This document shows, in pieces, positions 1 through 9,019 of a stretch of DNA of 56,164 bases. The position numbers and the translations under genes are program-made. The notes under the pieces are model-generated. The model did not search any database, had not been told where the DNA came from, and was given only the letters and a program-made list of their open reading frames with translations. Every line of letters starts with the position of its first letter. Position 1 is the stretch's first letter. Source of the DNA: a virus (lineage: Duplodnaviria; Caudoviricetes); IMG/VR virus record IMGVR_UViG_3300030105_002581, positions 1 through 56,164 of that record, one strand, 5' to 3'.

Positions 1-783
1 CAGGGAATATACGCCTGCCATGCCCAACACAAATGTCATGTGAATAATTTTGGATTAACCACGGACGGCTCAAGGTCTGCCGACCCGCTGCTGATTAAGT
101 TTTTAGAGAAGACTAAGACTTATAAGTTCGAGAGGGTTAATTCTAATGAAGTTCTCAAAACTAATCTCATTACTAACGTCCAGAAGGTTTTAAGTACAGA
201 GAAAGATATCGACGGAGAACGCATAGATGTTTTTCAGTATGTTTCTAGACGACTTAAAAGCAAATCCCACTTGATATTTAGGTCTAATGGGTTAGAATAT
301 TGGTATGGAAAAGAAAGGCCTGACGTAGATATTGATTCGGTGTGGGAAGATATAGAAACACATACAAATTTCTTGCAGTCAGATCACATTCACTTTCCAC
401 TCTCCACCGCTGAAAAAAGAATGTTCTTACCTATGAGTTGCTGTACACATGGACATTCTCACGACCATACAGATCTTCCTACTCATAATGCCTGCTTGGA
501 CTGTACTTGTGGGTGTAACACATCTGAATGTAGTAATGATTTCATATCTGAAAGACTTTCGCCTATCTCCATTGCCCACAACGTAGGAACAGATGAAGAA
601 TACAACGAGACTATACATAAAAGAAAATACCAAGTTCCATACTGGGATCTCACTTCAGTTCTATCTCTAGATGTAGACGATATAAGAAACACCAATAAGG
701 AAGTGGATGTAAGAACATCGCTACCGTCAAGACCCGCTGCTGACTTGTTAAGTCGAGACAAGGTTGTCGCAGGAGTAATATAA
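1..783 (+). CDS. Hypothetical protein, 5'-truncated by the window edge, with a His/Cys-rich segment
   Basis: Frame is open from base 1 (QGIYACHAQHKCHV...), so the GTG at 40 is probably internal. Contains SCCTHGHSHDH...CLDCTCGCNTSEC. Stop abuts the next ATG. Confidence 0.7.
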   Translation, partial: QGIYACHAQHKCHVNNFGLTTDGSRSADPLLIKFLEKTKTYKFERVNSNEVLKTNLITNVQKVLSTEKDIDGERIDVFQYVSRRLKSKSHLIFRSNGLEYWYGKERPDVDIDSVWEDIETHTNFLQSDHIHFPLSTAEKRMFLPMSCCTHGHSHDHTDLPTHNACLDCTCGCNTSECSNDFISERLSPISIAHNVGTDEEYNETIHKRKYQVPYWDLTSVLSLDVDDIRNTNKEVDVRTSLPSRPAADLLSRDKVVAGVI

Positions 784-1794
784 ATGGATGAATGTCAATG
801 TGAAAACCCCGGATTCTGTGAATTTTTTAAGCAGGAAATGACTTATGATCCACCAAATTGGCAATGGTGTAGGGATGCGAGTTCTCAGGATAGAGAGAAG
901 TACAAAGTGGATTGCGATAGAAAACACGCTAGAAGCGAGAAGTTTCTTGGCACTGAATATGTAAAAACCTCACAACTTGTCGAAGATTGCAGAGATTCTC
1001 TCTTGCCGAAAGTGGGGCACTTAAATCTAAAGGGTGTCTTTGGAATACCAAGATCAGGTATGTTTCCAGCCAGCATGATTGCACTATGGTTAAATCTACC
1101 TCTCTATTCAATGAACAAGTCTTCCCATGAGCTTGAGGTAATGTCGGCCCACTCAGATTTTGGCGGAGCAAGAATGAAAGAGCATGACGATTCTGGAGGT
1201 AAGATTTTAGTTATTGATGATACAATATTTGCCGGAACAGCCATAAGAGATATAAAGAAAAAAATAAAAGAAGACGCCCTTTATGCTACTGTATATGCAC
1301 ATCCAGACTCAACCCAAAAGCTAGATTTCTATGGTAAGGTACTACCTCCTCCACACTTTCTCGAATGGAACCTATTTAATTGCGTATACATAGAGAGTGC
1401 CCTCTTAGATTTTGATGGAATACTCTGTCCAAATGTTCCATATAGTAAGTGTATAAATGAAGAAGAATATATAGAATATATAAAGAATGTCGAGCCTTTT
1501 TATCACAGGATACCCAAAACTCGTTGTCGGGGAATAGTGACAGCAAGACTTGAAAAATACCGAGACATAACAGAGGAATGGCTAGACAGGCATGGAATAA
1601 GATATGGTTCTTTAGAAATGTATCCAACAGAAAAAGAGGAAATTCGAGACAAAAACCATATACAGGAAGCAGCCAATTTTAAGGCCGAGCGTTTTAAAAG
1701 ATCTGATGCCCACTTCTTCATAGAGAGTGAGCTGCCCGAAGCTGTTATAATTAGAAGACAAAGTGGAAAGTTTGTAGTTTGCCCGGAGGAATAA
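784..1794 (+). CDS. Type I phosphoribosyltransferase fused to a C-terminal HAD-like phosphatase, with an N-terminal Cys motif
   Basis: PRTase motifs GIPRSG..PA..IA..L and PRPP loop ILVIDDTIFAGTAI. HAD motif I LLDFDGILC, motif II IVTAR, C-terminal FFIES. Confidence 0.8.
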   Translation: MDECQCENPGFCEFFKQEMTYDPPNWQWCRDASSQDREKYKVDCDRKHARSEKFLGTEYVKTSQLVEDCRDSLLPKVGHLNLKGVFGIPRSGMFPASMIALWLNLPLYSMNKSSHELEVMSAHSDFGGARMKEHDDSGGKILVIDDTIFAGTAIRDIKKKIKEDALYATVYAHPDSTQKLDFYGKVLPPPHFLEWNLFNCVYIESALLDFDGILCPNVPYSKCINEEEYIEYIKNVEPFYHRIPKTRCRGIVTARLEKYRDITEEWLDRHGIRYGSLEMYPTEKEEIRDKNHIQEAANFKAERFKRSDAHFFIESELPEAVIIRRQSGKFVVCPEE

Positions 1795-1797
1795 GGA

Positions 1798-2322
1798 ATG
1801 ATATATTTACCACAAAGAGCTGTTTTTATTCACATACCTAGAGCCGCAGGAAATTCTGTCACAGGCGCAATAGCTGGAGTCTGTGCAGGGAAGGGAATCG
1901 ACATAATACTCGGAACTGGTGGAGATATAAAAAACTGGCAAGGCATGAAGCGTCACGCAAGAGCAGTCTCGCTGAAAGAAATCATAGATGAGTGGGATGA
2001 TATATACAAGTTTGCTATTCATCGCCCCATGAAAGATAGGGTAAAAAGTGTCGCTAGGCTAATACAAAGAGATTTGGATAATGGGGTGCATGAAGATGCT
2101 ACCTGTCCAGAGGCTTGGAAAAAGGTTCTCAAAAACGAAGACGAAAACTACTGGCAAGTTTTTATGAGTCACACGATTGACTGGTATACTAGGGGAACTG
2201 ACGGAGAGAGTCTAGGGGTAGAGACTTATGACTTTTCTGAAATAAATAACCAATGGCATGATATATGTAATAAGTGCGATATACCTCAATGCTCTCTCCC
2301 AAAATTAAATTCGAGTAAATAA
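1798..2322 (+). CDS. Sulfotransferase family 2-like protein
   Basis: N-terminal FIHIPRAAGNSV resembles the 5'-PSB loop (HIPK-x-(A/G)G-x-S); KFAIHRP...RVKS resembles the 3'-PB motif; ends LPKLNSS. Confidence 0.65.
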   Translation: MIYLPQRAVFIHIPRAAGNSVTGAIAGVCAGKGIDIILGTGGDIKNWQGMKRHARAVSLKEIIDEWDDIYKFAIHRPMKDRVKSVARLIQRDLDNGVHEDATCPEAWKKVLKNEDENYWQVFMSHTIDWYTRGTDGESLGVETYDFSEINNQWHDICNKCDIPQCSLPKLNSSK

Positions 2323-2323
2323 A

Positions 2324-3085
2324 ATGAGACTGATTGATCTATCTCTATTTGAGCCAATTTTTGAACCGCTTTCCGGGCTGACTGTAGGTATAGTAGACGG
2401 TATAGGGAATATAGGCGACCAGTTATTATATTTGGCTGCGAGACAATTATGTAAAGAGTTCAATGTAAAACACTTTACGGTTAACGCCTTGGCGGAAGAT
2501 CCAATACCGAAGTGTGACAAGCTATTACTCTTTGGGGGTGGAAACATTGGTTTTCCACCGGCTGTAGCAATAAGAAGAAAAGCATTTGAGTCAGGTATCC
2601 CATGCTGGCTTTTACCTCAAAGCGTTGTAAGGTATGAAGACCTTCATTGCGAGAAGATGTTTTTTAGGGAGTCTGTTAGTCGGGATATTATTGGTCGAGG
2701 AGAAATAGCTCCAGATCTAGCTTTAGGGTTTGACTTTCCTGAGTCGGACATTAATAAAAGAGGGTCTGAAATTTTCCTTAGAAGAAACGGAGGGTCTATA
2801 TATCATCATATAAGAGTAGAGATGAAAGTAGATCCAGCCATGTTTTGCCATACCCCAGAAGATTACTGGAACCTGACAGATGAGTTTAAGGAAATTAAAA
2901 CCGATAGACTGCATTTAGCTATATGTTCCCTAGCTATGAAAACTAAAACAACATTACTGCCCATAAACTACCATAAGAATATAGCTATGTTCAAGGAGTG
3001 GCTAGAGCCACTTGGATGCCTTTGGGAAGACTTTGTATTCTCCGATTCTATTTCGGAAAATCTAGGTAAGAGGTTTATTAAATGA
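2324..3085 (+). CDS. Polysaccharide pyruvyl transferase-like protein
   Basis: GNIGDQLL, FGGGN, LPQS, FFRE..S, APDLA, TDRLH in the family's order. Confidence 0.8.
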   Translation: MRLIDLSLFEPIFEPLSGLTVGIVDGIGNIGDQLLYLAARQLCKEFNVKHFTVNALAEDPIPKCDKLLLFGGGNIGFPPAVAIRRKAFESGIPCWLLPQSVVRYEDLHCEKMFFRESVSRDIIGRGEIAPDLALGFDFPESDINKRGSEIFLRRNGGSIYHHIRVEMKVDPAMFCHTPEDYWNLTDEFKEIKTDRLHLAICSLAMKTKTTLLPINYHKNIAMFKEWLEPLGCLWEDFVFSDSISENLGKRFIK

Positions 3086-4092
3086 AGTTCTGTGAAAATC
3101 CGTTTAATACTCTGCATGTCCATCCGGCAAGCTATATAACTTGCTGCCCTAGCTGGTTTACAGACTCTTCAGAAGTAACAATAGAGGGGAAGTACGAAAA
3201 TTTGTGGAAAGTATGGAATCATGAAAGATTCCAAAAATTAAGAAGTGCGTGGCTCAATCAAGACGATTCCTTCTGTAAGAACTGCGTTCTACCTCTACTG
3301 GAGAATAGCGCCATGCCTATTGCTGGGAGGGTAGACCCTCCAATACAGAGCTATATGACTCCGGTAATGAGTAGGGGCCCATCTGTAATTGTTTTTGCAA
3401 ATGATATGACTTGTAATTTACATTGTTGGTCTTGTAGGTCTAGGCCCATAATTGAGAAACGTCAAGATGAAATCTTTAGACAAACAAAGAATGTACTAGA
3501 TACCTTTTATGATAGCATAAAGTTTATTTCTGCCATAGGGTCTGGAGACCCTTTAGCAAGTCCCGCTTGGCTTAAGATATTACAAACCTTTGATATCAAA
3601 AAATATGGCAACCTAGACATTGAACTATTTACAAATGGGTTATTAATTCCCAAGTACTGGGATTCCCTCTCTCACATTCACGGGAATATAACCAGAATCA
3701 AGATGAGTGTTGATGCTGCCAGCAAGGGGATATATGAGAAGACTAGGCTTGGAGGTAAGTTTGAGGAGATGGATAAAGCCATGAAGTTTATATCTAAGCT
3801 AGGTAAGGACTTTATATTGAATATGGTAGTTGAATCAGATAATTTTACAGATATTCCTTTGTTCATAGAAAGGGCCTTAGAAAATAATGGAACAAGGGTT
3901 AATCTTACGATGCTAAGGAACTGGCCAGATATAAGAGGAGGTACGGCTACTTTTGAGGAGAAGAGTCTTGCGAACCCAAACCATCCAAAGTATGGGGAGT
4001 TTTTAAGACTGCTACAAACTAGTGAGGATCTATTATCTCATCCTATAGTAGATGCTTCAAGAATCAGACCCGAAGGTCATGCGATTCTATAA
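3082..4092 (+). CDS. Radical SAM protein with N-terminal SPASM/Twitch-like Cys domain
   Basis: CNLHCWSC (CxxxCxxC), GSGDP, FTNG, SVDAA; N-terminal C-x-x-PF...CC...CKNC auxiliary-cluster pattern. Confidence 0.85.
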   Translation: MKFCENPFNTLHVHPASYITCCPSWFTDSSEVTIEGKYENLWKVWNHERFQKLRSAWLNQDDSFCKNCVLPLLENSAMPIAGRVDPPIQSYMTPVMSRGPSVIVFANDMTCNLHCWSCRSRPIIEKRQDEIFRQTKNVLDTFYDSIKFISAIGSGDPLASPAWLKILQTFDIKKYGNLDIELFTNGLLIPKYWDSLSHIHGNITRIKMSVDAASKGIYEKTRLGGKFEEMDKAMKFISKLGKDFILNMVVESDNFTDIPLFIERALENNGTRVNLTMLRNWPDIRGGTATFEEKSLANPNHPKYGEFLRLLQTSEDLLSHPIVDASRIRPEGHAIL

Positions 4093-4100
4093 TGGTGTAT
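4093..4100 (+). promoter_or_regulatory. TGGTGTAT motif, candidate late promoter element
   Basis: Identical 8-mer in three intergenic gaps upstream of structural genes (4093, 4388, 7717). Confidence 0.5.
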
Positions 4101-4173
4101 TATCAAGAGAAGTAGAGATATAGTGCTAGGGGGGTGACCTTGCATATTAAAAGTTTTATAGAAAGTTTAAATC

Positions 4174-4386
4174 ATGCTTGGATATCAACCAATCTCATCT
4201 CTTCCTATCTCCGATATAGATCTTGGGGCAATTGCTACATCAGTAGTTATAATCATAGATGGGAAGATCTTCATGTGGACAGTCCCTATTCAGCCAGATA
4301 CTTGGAACATCCCTATAATGAGTAGGGATTGGACTACAACTGCCAGAAGTGATAAAGAGCCTTCTACATGGACTGTTAATGGCTAA
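4174..4386 (+). CDS. Small putative virion protein
   Basis: N-terminus MLGYQPISSLPISD resembles the M-(L/F)-G-(F/Y)-x-P-(I/L)-S-x-x-P-(I/L)-S start I recall from small phage virion proteins; lies at the head of the structural block. Confidence 0.55.
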   Translation: MLGYQPISSLPISDIDLGAIATSVVIIIDGKIFMWTVPIQPDTWNIPIMSRDWTTTARSDKEPSTWTVNG

Positions 4387-4387
4387 T

Positions 4388-4395
4388 TGGTGTAT
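4388..4395 (+). promoter_or_regulatory. TGGTGTAT motif, candidate late promoter element
   Basis: Second copy, 32 nt upstream of the ATG at 4428. Confidence 0.5.
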
Positions 4396-4427
4396 TCCCT
4401 AATGGAACTACTTTAAAAGGGTAATTT

Positions 4428-4754
4428 ATGAGTCTAATATCAAATGAACGACTATGCAAACAACCCTCTGAGAAGAGAAAGTTTGGAATAGAATTTAATA
4501 ATGTGCTAGGGGTGGGAGAAGTTGTCTCTCAAATAACCTCTATCGTTACTCAAAAAATAGACGGAAGCCTTACTGACCTAACCGTTTCCACCACAGGAAT
4601 AGAGACTACCGCTGCGATTGGAAAAGATAGTCTTGTAACCCTTTGGATTGAGGGCGGCACAACAGGCAATACTTATAGAATAGAAACTATAATCGCATCA
4701 TCTTCAGGAGCGATCCTTGAAGGGGATGGAATACTTTACGTATCGGATAGGTAA
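4428..4754 (+). CDS. Putative virion adaptor (fibre/neck adaptor-like beta-sandwich protein)
   Basis: KQPSEKRKFGIEF start and WIEGGTTGNTYRIE resemble the K(D/Q)P-x-(E/D)...W..GG..G..Y family of small phage adaptor proteins. Confidence 0.55.
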   Translation: MSLISNERLCKQPSEKRKFGIEFNNVLGVGEVVSQITSIVTQKIDGSLTDLTVSTTGIETTAAIGKDSLVTLWIEGGTTGNTYRIETIIASSSGAILEGDGILYVSDR

Positions 4755-4756
4755 AT

Positions 4757-5293
4757 ATGAGCTGGCAAAATACAAGTCTCCTAATGATAAGAACCATGCT
4801 TAATGATGCAGGTTGCAACGGGGCAAACAAATACAACACTCAACGACTAGAGGAGCTGCTAATAACCTCGGCTTACTTCTTACCGTTAGAAATTAACTTT
4901 GATTCTACATATGTGATAGATGTAGCTGCTTATACTATAACTCCAGATCCTATAGATCAGGATGATGGAACAGAATTTATTTCATTTATGGTTCTTAAAG
5001 CAGCATGTCTAACTGATGAGTCTGCATTTAGATCCGCTGCATTACTACAGGGTGTAACAGCCCGTCTTGGGCCAGCCTCTATTCAGACATCTTCTTATGG
5101 CAGTCAACTATCTACCCTTTTAACAAAGGGCCCCTGTAAATCCTTTGAAGATTTGAAAAACGAATACAACTTTAGTTATGATGGAAGAAAAATCATCAGA
5201 GCTGTAATGACCCCGTTCGCATCCAATTCGTATAATCCCCTTAGTAATCTTGGGAGATTGAATCAAGCAGGCGGCTTACCCCCACAAGGCTGA
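4757..5293 (+). CDS. Putative head-tail connector/adaptor
   Basis: Size, helical IRTMLND start, position ahead of closure/terminator/tube genes. Confidence 0.5.
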   Translation: MSWQNTSLLMIRTMLNDAGCNGANKYNTQRLEELLITSAYFLPLEINFDSTYVIDVAAYTITPDPIDQDDGTEFISFMVLKAACLTDESAFRSAALLQGVTARLGPASIQTSSYGSQLSTLLTKGPCKSFEDLKNEYNFSYDGRKIIRAVMTPFASNSYNPLSNLGRLNQAGGLPPQG

Positions 5294-5327
5294 TATTAAT
5301 TAGCTATAAATTTAGAAAGGCAATAAG

Positions 5328-5540
5328 ATGGCACAAGCAAACGATGTAATCTGGCAACCAAAGGGAGACGCTACGGCTCATAAGGAAGGAACCATTTTAG
5401 TCCAGAGCGCAAAAGCGGTTGGCACTGGTTGGTATGGAGCAAATAATATTAATAATAGTTTTGTTTCTGATCTCCCTGCTACAGGACTGATTTATTCTAA
5501 ATATAATACAGCCTTTACTGGCTGTGCTCCCTGTTCCTAG
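5328..5540 (+). CDS. Small hypothetical virion protein
   Basis: AAGG SD-like element upstream; tiles within the structural operon; ends GCAPCS. Confidence 0.55.
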   Translation: MAQANDVIWQPKGDATAHKEGTILVQSAKAVGTGWYGANNINNSFVSDLPATGLIYSKYNTAFTGCAPCS

Positions 5541-5555
5541 ACTAGGTAGGTCAAT

Positions 5556-6086
5556 ATGGCTACTAATAATTTTGCTGGCATAATCTCCAGCGACCTAAAG
5601 GACTTATTCAACGATGCTATTGGTTCAATGTTTGAAGCAGGGGCCCTAACGGTTCCTTGTACTCTCTACTATGGTATAACTAAGTGGGAGAATTGTTCAA
5701 ACTGTCTCTATGATCCTATAGGTAGAAAATCTTCAAATAGATATCAAGACGGAGGGTCTGTTCCTTTTCCTTTTGGTGGTATCTGTTCTTTATGTGATGG
5801 GGAAGGCAAGCGTCCCGTTATAAGTACTGAGACAACCAACCTTATGGTTATTTTTGATTATAAGCAGTTCCTCCCCATGTCTGCTCCTGTAAATAATCCT
5901 GATGGTCTAATACAGACTATGGGCAAGAAGGAAGTTACTCCTCAGCTTAAGAGAGCTAAAGAGATACGAGTGGCCACAGATCTTGGTGGTTATGGTAATC
6001 ATAGATTCGAAAGATTTGAAGAGCCTCAGCCTATGGGGTTCGGCGGCAACGAGTTCGTTATCTGCACTTGGAAGAGGATAGGTTAG
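5556..6086 (+). CDS. Putative head-closure/neck protein with two CxxC pairs
   Basis: CSNC...CSLCDGEG Zn-binding pattern in a beta-rich protein; synteny in the neck module. Confidence 0.5.
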   Translation: MATNNFAGIISSDLKDLFNDAIGSMFEAGALTVPCTLYYGITKWENCSNCLYDPIGRKSSNRYQDGGSVPFPFGGICSLCDGEGKRPVISTETTNLMVIFDYKQFLPMSAPVNNPDGLIQTMGKKEVTPQLKRAKEIRVATDLGGYGNHRFERFEEPQPMGFGGNEFVICTWKRIG

Positions 6087-6739
6087 TGGTAAACATATCC
6101 GCAAGGCTCCACTTAAGTAATGACTTTGAGAATAAGTTCAAAGAAAATGCAACCAAAGAGGTTCGCAAGGTTCTATTAAGATCTTATCCCAGAATCCAGA
6201 AGGGTGTCTTAAGATCCTTAAGGGTTATTGTTAGGGAGAGGATCATGGATTCTCCAGAGTACAACAGTATGATAGGTGGAACTCTCAGGGGAGAGCTAGG
6301 TCTTCCAGACGGAATGAGCCGTATCACTAGGATTATAGAAGCGTGGGTATTGAATATTAGAGTAAAGATAATTCAGGGTTCAAGTAAGTCCTTGGGTTCT
6401 CTCTCTATCTCTATGATTGAGTCTACCTATTCAGATGTATTAGGCCTACCAGAGGCTGTCCTTAGATACACGAATCGCAAGGGAAAGTCAGTAAATTTAG
6501 ATTGGTTGAAATGGCTCCTGACTGAAGGTGGCAGTACTATCGTTTCAGAGTATGAGTTTACCCCCAGTAGTAGAGGAAGAACCGGACTTGGGGTCATGAT
6601 CAAAAGTAGAGGTGGATGGAAAGTTCCTGCTCAGTTTGCGGGAGTCTCCACAGACAACTTCGTTACCCGTTCTTTTGAGGGGATAACTAAGGATATAGAA
6701 ATAATTTTACGCCGGGAAATAACAAAGGGTATTAAATAA
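6086..6739 (+). CDS. Putative neck/tail-completion protein
   Basis: Basic protein between closure and terminator candidates. Start re-called to GTG 6086, which overlaps the upstream stop and follows AGGA. Confidence 0.45.
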   Translation: MVNISARLHLSNDFENKFKENATKEVRKVLLRSYPRIQKGVLRSLRVIVRERIMDSPEYNSMIGGTLRGELGLPDGMSRITRIIEAWVLNIRVKIIQGSSKSLGSLSISMIESTYSDVLGLPEAVLRYTNRKGKSVNLDWLKWLLTEGGSTIVSEYEFTPSSRGRTGLGVMIKSRGGWKVPAQFAGVSTDNFVTRSFEGITKDIEIILRREITKGIK

Positions 6740-7704
6740 TGGCCTGCAAACCATATACGTCGTTCAACAAGGTAGACCACATAGGGGAAACCCTATTAAG
6801 CTCCGAGATAGAGAACAACCTTAAATGGTATCTTGACTTTGGAATGCTTGGTATTGGGGGCTGGAGTGATGTCAACATACCTGAAGCTGGCCCTTTTGGT
6901 GGTAATTACGACAGACTAAGACCCGTGAACGATCCAGCATATGCTGATGGTCAAGTGTGGGAGTCTGCTAGAAAGGATTGGGTCTGGGAAACGGGCTCTC
7001 CTTATTCTGGATATGATCCAATACAGATCTCAGGAGTCTATATTAATAGCACTCTACGAACAACAGGGGAAGTAGGCTATGAGCATCACTATGATTATCC
7101 TTTAGGTAGGGTTGTTTTTGATGCAGCTATTGCAACTTCCGAGACAGTACAACTAGAGTACAGTCACAGAAACGTTCAAATCTATATAGCAGACCAAGCC
7201 CCGTGGTGGGATGAGCTTCAATATGACTCCTTACGGGTAGATGACTCTGATTACTTATCTACTGGATCTGGAGCATGGGGTGTCCTTTCTAATCATAGAG
7301 TCCAGATGCCTGCTGTTATACTAGAAACAGTACCTAGAAGAAGATTCGCTCCATACCAGATGGGTGATCTTTCTCAGATAGTCCAACAAGATGTTGTCTT
7401 CCATGTGGTATCAGAGAACCGATGGTGGAGAAATCAGCTAATAGATATCCTTTCCTTACAAAAAGACAGTCAAATACAACTGTTTAATAGCGATACTCTT
7501 ATTGGTAGTGGAGTTTACCCCCTTGATTATAGGGGAATGAAGACCTCGACCAATACTTTAAACTATGATGATATCGTTTCTACTACCCAATACAAGTATG
7601 CATTGGCAAGAATGGTAGAAATAAACATCACAGAGATGGAAACTCACAACTCTAGGCTCTATGAGGGCACAGTAAGAGCTACCTTAGAACTAGTTTTAGA
7701 ATAA
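6739..7704 (+). CDS. Putative tail terminator/completion protein
   Basis: Immediately precedes the tail tube gene; C-terminal part (QMPAVILE...QDVVFHVVSE...RNQLIDIL) fits terminator-type topology. Confidence 0.5.
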   Translation: MACKPYTSFNKVDHIGETLLSSEIENNLKWYLDFGMLGIGGWSDVNIPEAGPFGGNYDRLRPVNDPAYADGQVWESARKDWVWETGSPYSGYDPIQISGVYINSTLRTTGEVGYEHHYDYPLGRVVFDAAIATSETVQLEYSHRNVQIYIADQAPWWDELQYDSLRVDDSDYLSTGSGAWGVLSNHRVQMPAVILETVPRRRFAPYQMGDLSQIVQQDVVFHVVSENRWWRNQLIDILSLQKDSQIQLFNSDTLIGSGVYPLDYRGMKTSTNTLNYDDIVSTTQYKYALARMVEINITEMETHNSRLYEGTVRATLELVLE

Positions 7705-7716
7705 TTTTATATCAAA

Positions 7717-7724
7717 TGGTGTAT
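7717..7724 (+). promoter_or_regulatory. TGGTGTAT motif upstream of the tail tube gene
   Basis: Third intergenic copy, followed by a degenerate TGATGTAT and an AGGAG SD before ATG 7768. Confidence 0.55.
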
Positions 7725-7767
7725 ATCTTGATGTATACAACCTCAAAGAATTTTTAGGAGAAGTTAA

Positions 7768-8913
7768 ATGGCTAATAATAGAATCTATTATGCTATCCAA
7801 CAGGTAGCATTTAGAAAAGACAGCGCTGGTACGGGAGGAACTAACTATGTTGCTCACGGTGTCCAGAGTGTAGGTATCACAACAACGTTCAATCTAGAGC
7901 AGGCTTTTGAGCTTGGTCAGTTGGCTATCTACGAGAACATCGAAGGAACTCCAGACGTAGAAGTTACGTTGTCTAAAGTTCTGGACGGTGCCAATCCCTT
8001 ATACTGTATGGCTACTGCGGATCAAGTCGCTGGCCCTCAACTTGCTAAAAGAACAGTACCTAGCACATTTATGCAATTAGGTATCTGGGACGAAGCTAAT
8101 GAATCTGCTGGTCAAGGTGCCTCGGCTGCTAAAGCTTGGGTCGAAATGTCCGGTCTTTTTATCTCCTCTGTTGGTTATAACTTCCCAATTGATGACAACT
8201 TCTCAGAAGACATTACCCTAGTCGGTAACGTGAAAATCTGGGGAACAGGTCAGGCTAAGAATACTATTAGTTGTGATCCTGTCTATTACCCATCGGCTGT
8301 AGCTGGCGGTTTCGCTGGAAACAACGATCTCCCTCAAGGTAGTGGTGGTGTTAACCGAAGAGAAAACTTGAACTTTGCTTCGAGCGCCGCTCAGACAAAG
8401 GATCCTGATTATTCTATCATGCCTCTTGAAATTGATGGTATTGGCGATAGCGGTATTATTGGCACAGCCCACGTTCAGTCCATCTCTGTTTCTGCTGATG
8501 TTAGTCGAGAAGACTTGTTTGAGCTTGGTAAGAAAGTACCTTACGCTAAGACCGTTACTTTCCCAATCGAAGTTACTTGTGACATCGAGACTACGAGTAG
8601 TTCTGGTGACTTAATCAGTGCTGTTGACGCTTGTGCTTCTAGCGCTTACTGTGCTACGGCAAGTAACCTAACTGATCGTAAGATTAGAATCGCAACTTGT
8701 GAAGGTACTAGAATCTATCTAGGAACCAAGAACAAGCTTTCTTCCGTGACATACGGAGGAGGAGACGCTGGAGGAGGCAACTCTACTGTGACTTATAGTT
8801 ATAGTACGTTTAATGACTTCACTGTCATGCATCCTGCGGATGTGACTGCTTCTGGTGGTTCTGCTTCTGGGTTGAATTGGTGGGGAGCTAGAGGAACTTA
8901 CCTTGGTCAATAA
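7768..8913 (+). CDS. Major tail tube protein
   Basis: Strong SD, visibly biased codon use (GCT/GGT/ACT), internal duplication (VQSVGI..FNLEQAFELG / VQSISV..VSREDLFELG), downstream terminator, position before chaperones and TMP. Confidence 0.75.
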   Translation: MANNRIYYAIQQVAFRKDSAGTGGTNYVAHGVQSVGITTTFNLEQAFELGQLAIYENIEGTPDVEVTLSKVLDGANPLYCMATADQVAGPQLAKRTVPSTFMQLGIWDEANESAGQGASAAKAWVEMSGLFISSVGYNFPIDDNFSEDITLVGNVKIWGTGQAKNTISCDPVYYPSAVAGGFAGNNDLPQGSGGVNRRENLNFASSAAQTKDPDYSIMPLEIDGIGDSGIIGTAHVQSISVSADVSREDLFELGKKVPYAKTVTFPIEVTCDIETTSSSGDLISAVDACASSAYCATASNLTDRKIRIATCEGTRIYLGTKNKLSSVTYGGGDAGGGNSTVTYSYSTFNDFTVMHPADVTASGGSASGLNWWGARGTYLGQ

Positions 8914-8925
8914 TTGACGAACTTT

Positions 8926-8960
8926 TAAGAGGGTATGATTCGCTCTGCCCATCTTATTTT
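8926..8960 (+). terminator. Probable intrinsic terminator after the tail tube gene
   Basis: Imperfect hairpin TAAGA-GGGTA..TTCG..TGCCC-A-TCTTA followed by TTTT. Confidence 0.5.
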
Positions 8961-9019
8961 AGTCAGCAATGCAATAAACGGCTTGCTGATTACTTAAATG
9001 CATAATAGGAATTTATGTT

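Noticed and set aside
4134-4325. Alternative-frame ORF overlapping 4174-4386
   Set aside because: GTG start and no recognisable features; the 4174 frame has a familiar N-terminal motif and tiles better.
6739-8913. Contractile tail sheath gene
   Set aside because: No sheath-sized gene or sheath motifs between the neck and tube genes, and no recognisable baseplate wedge genes after the TMP; it could only lie outside this window.
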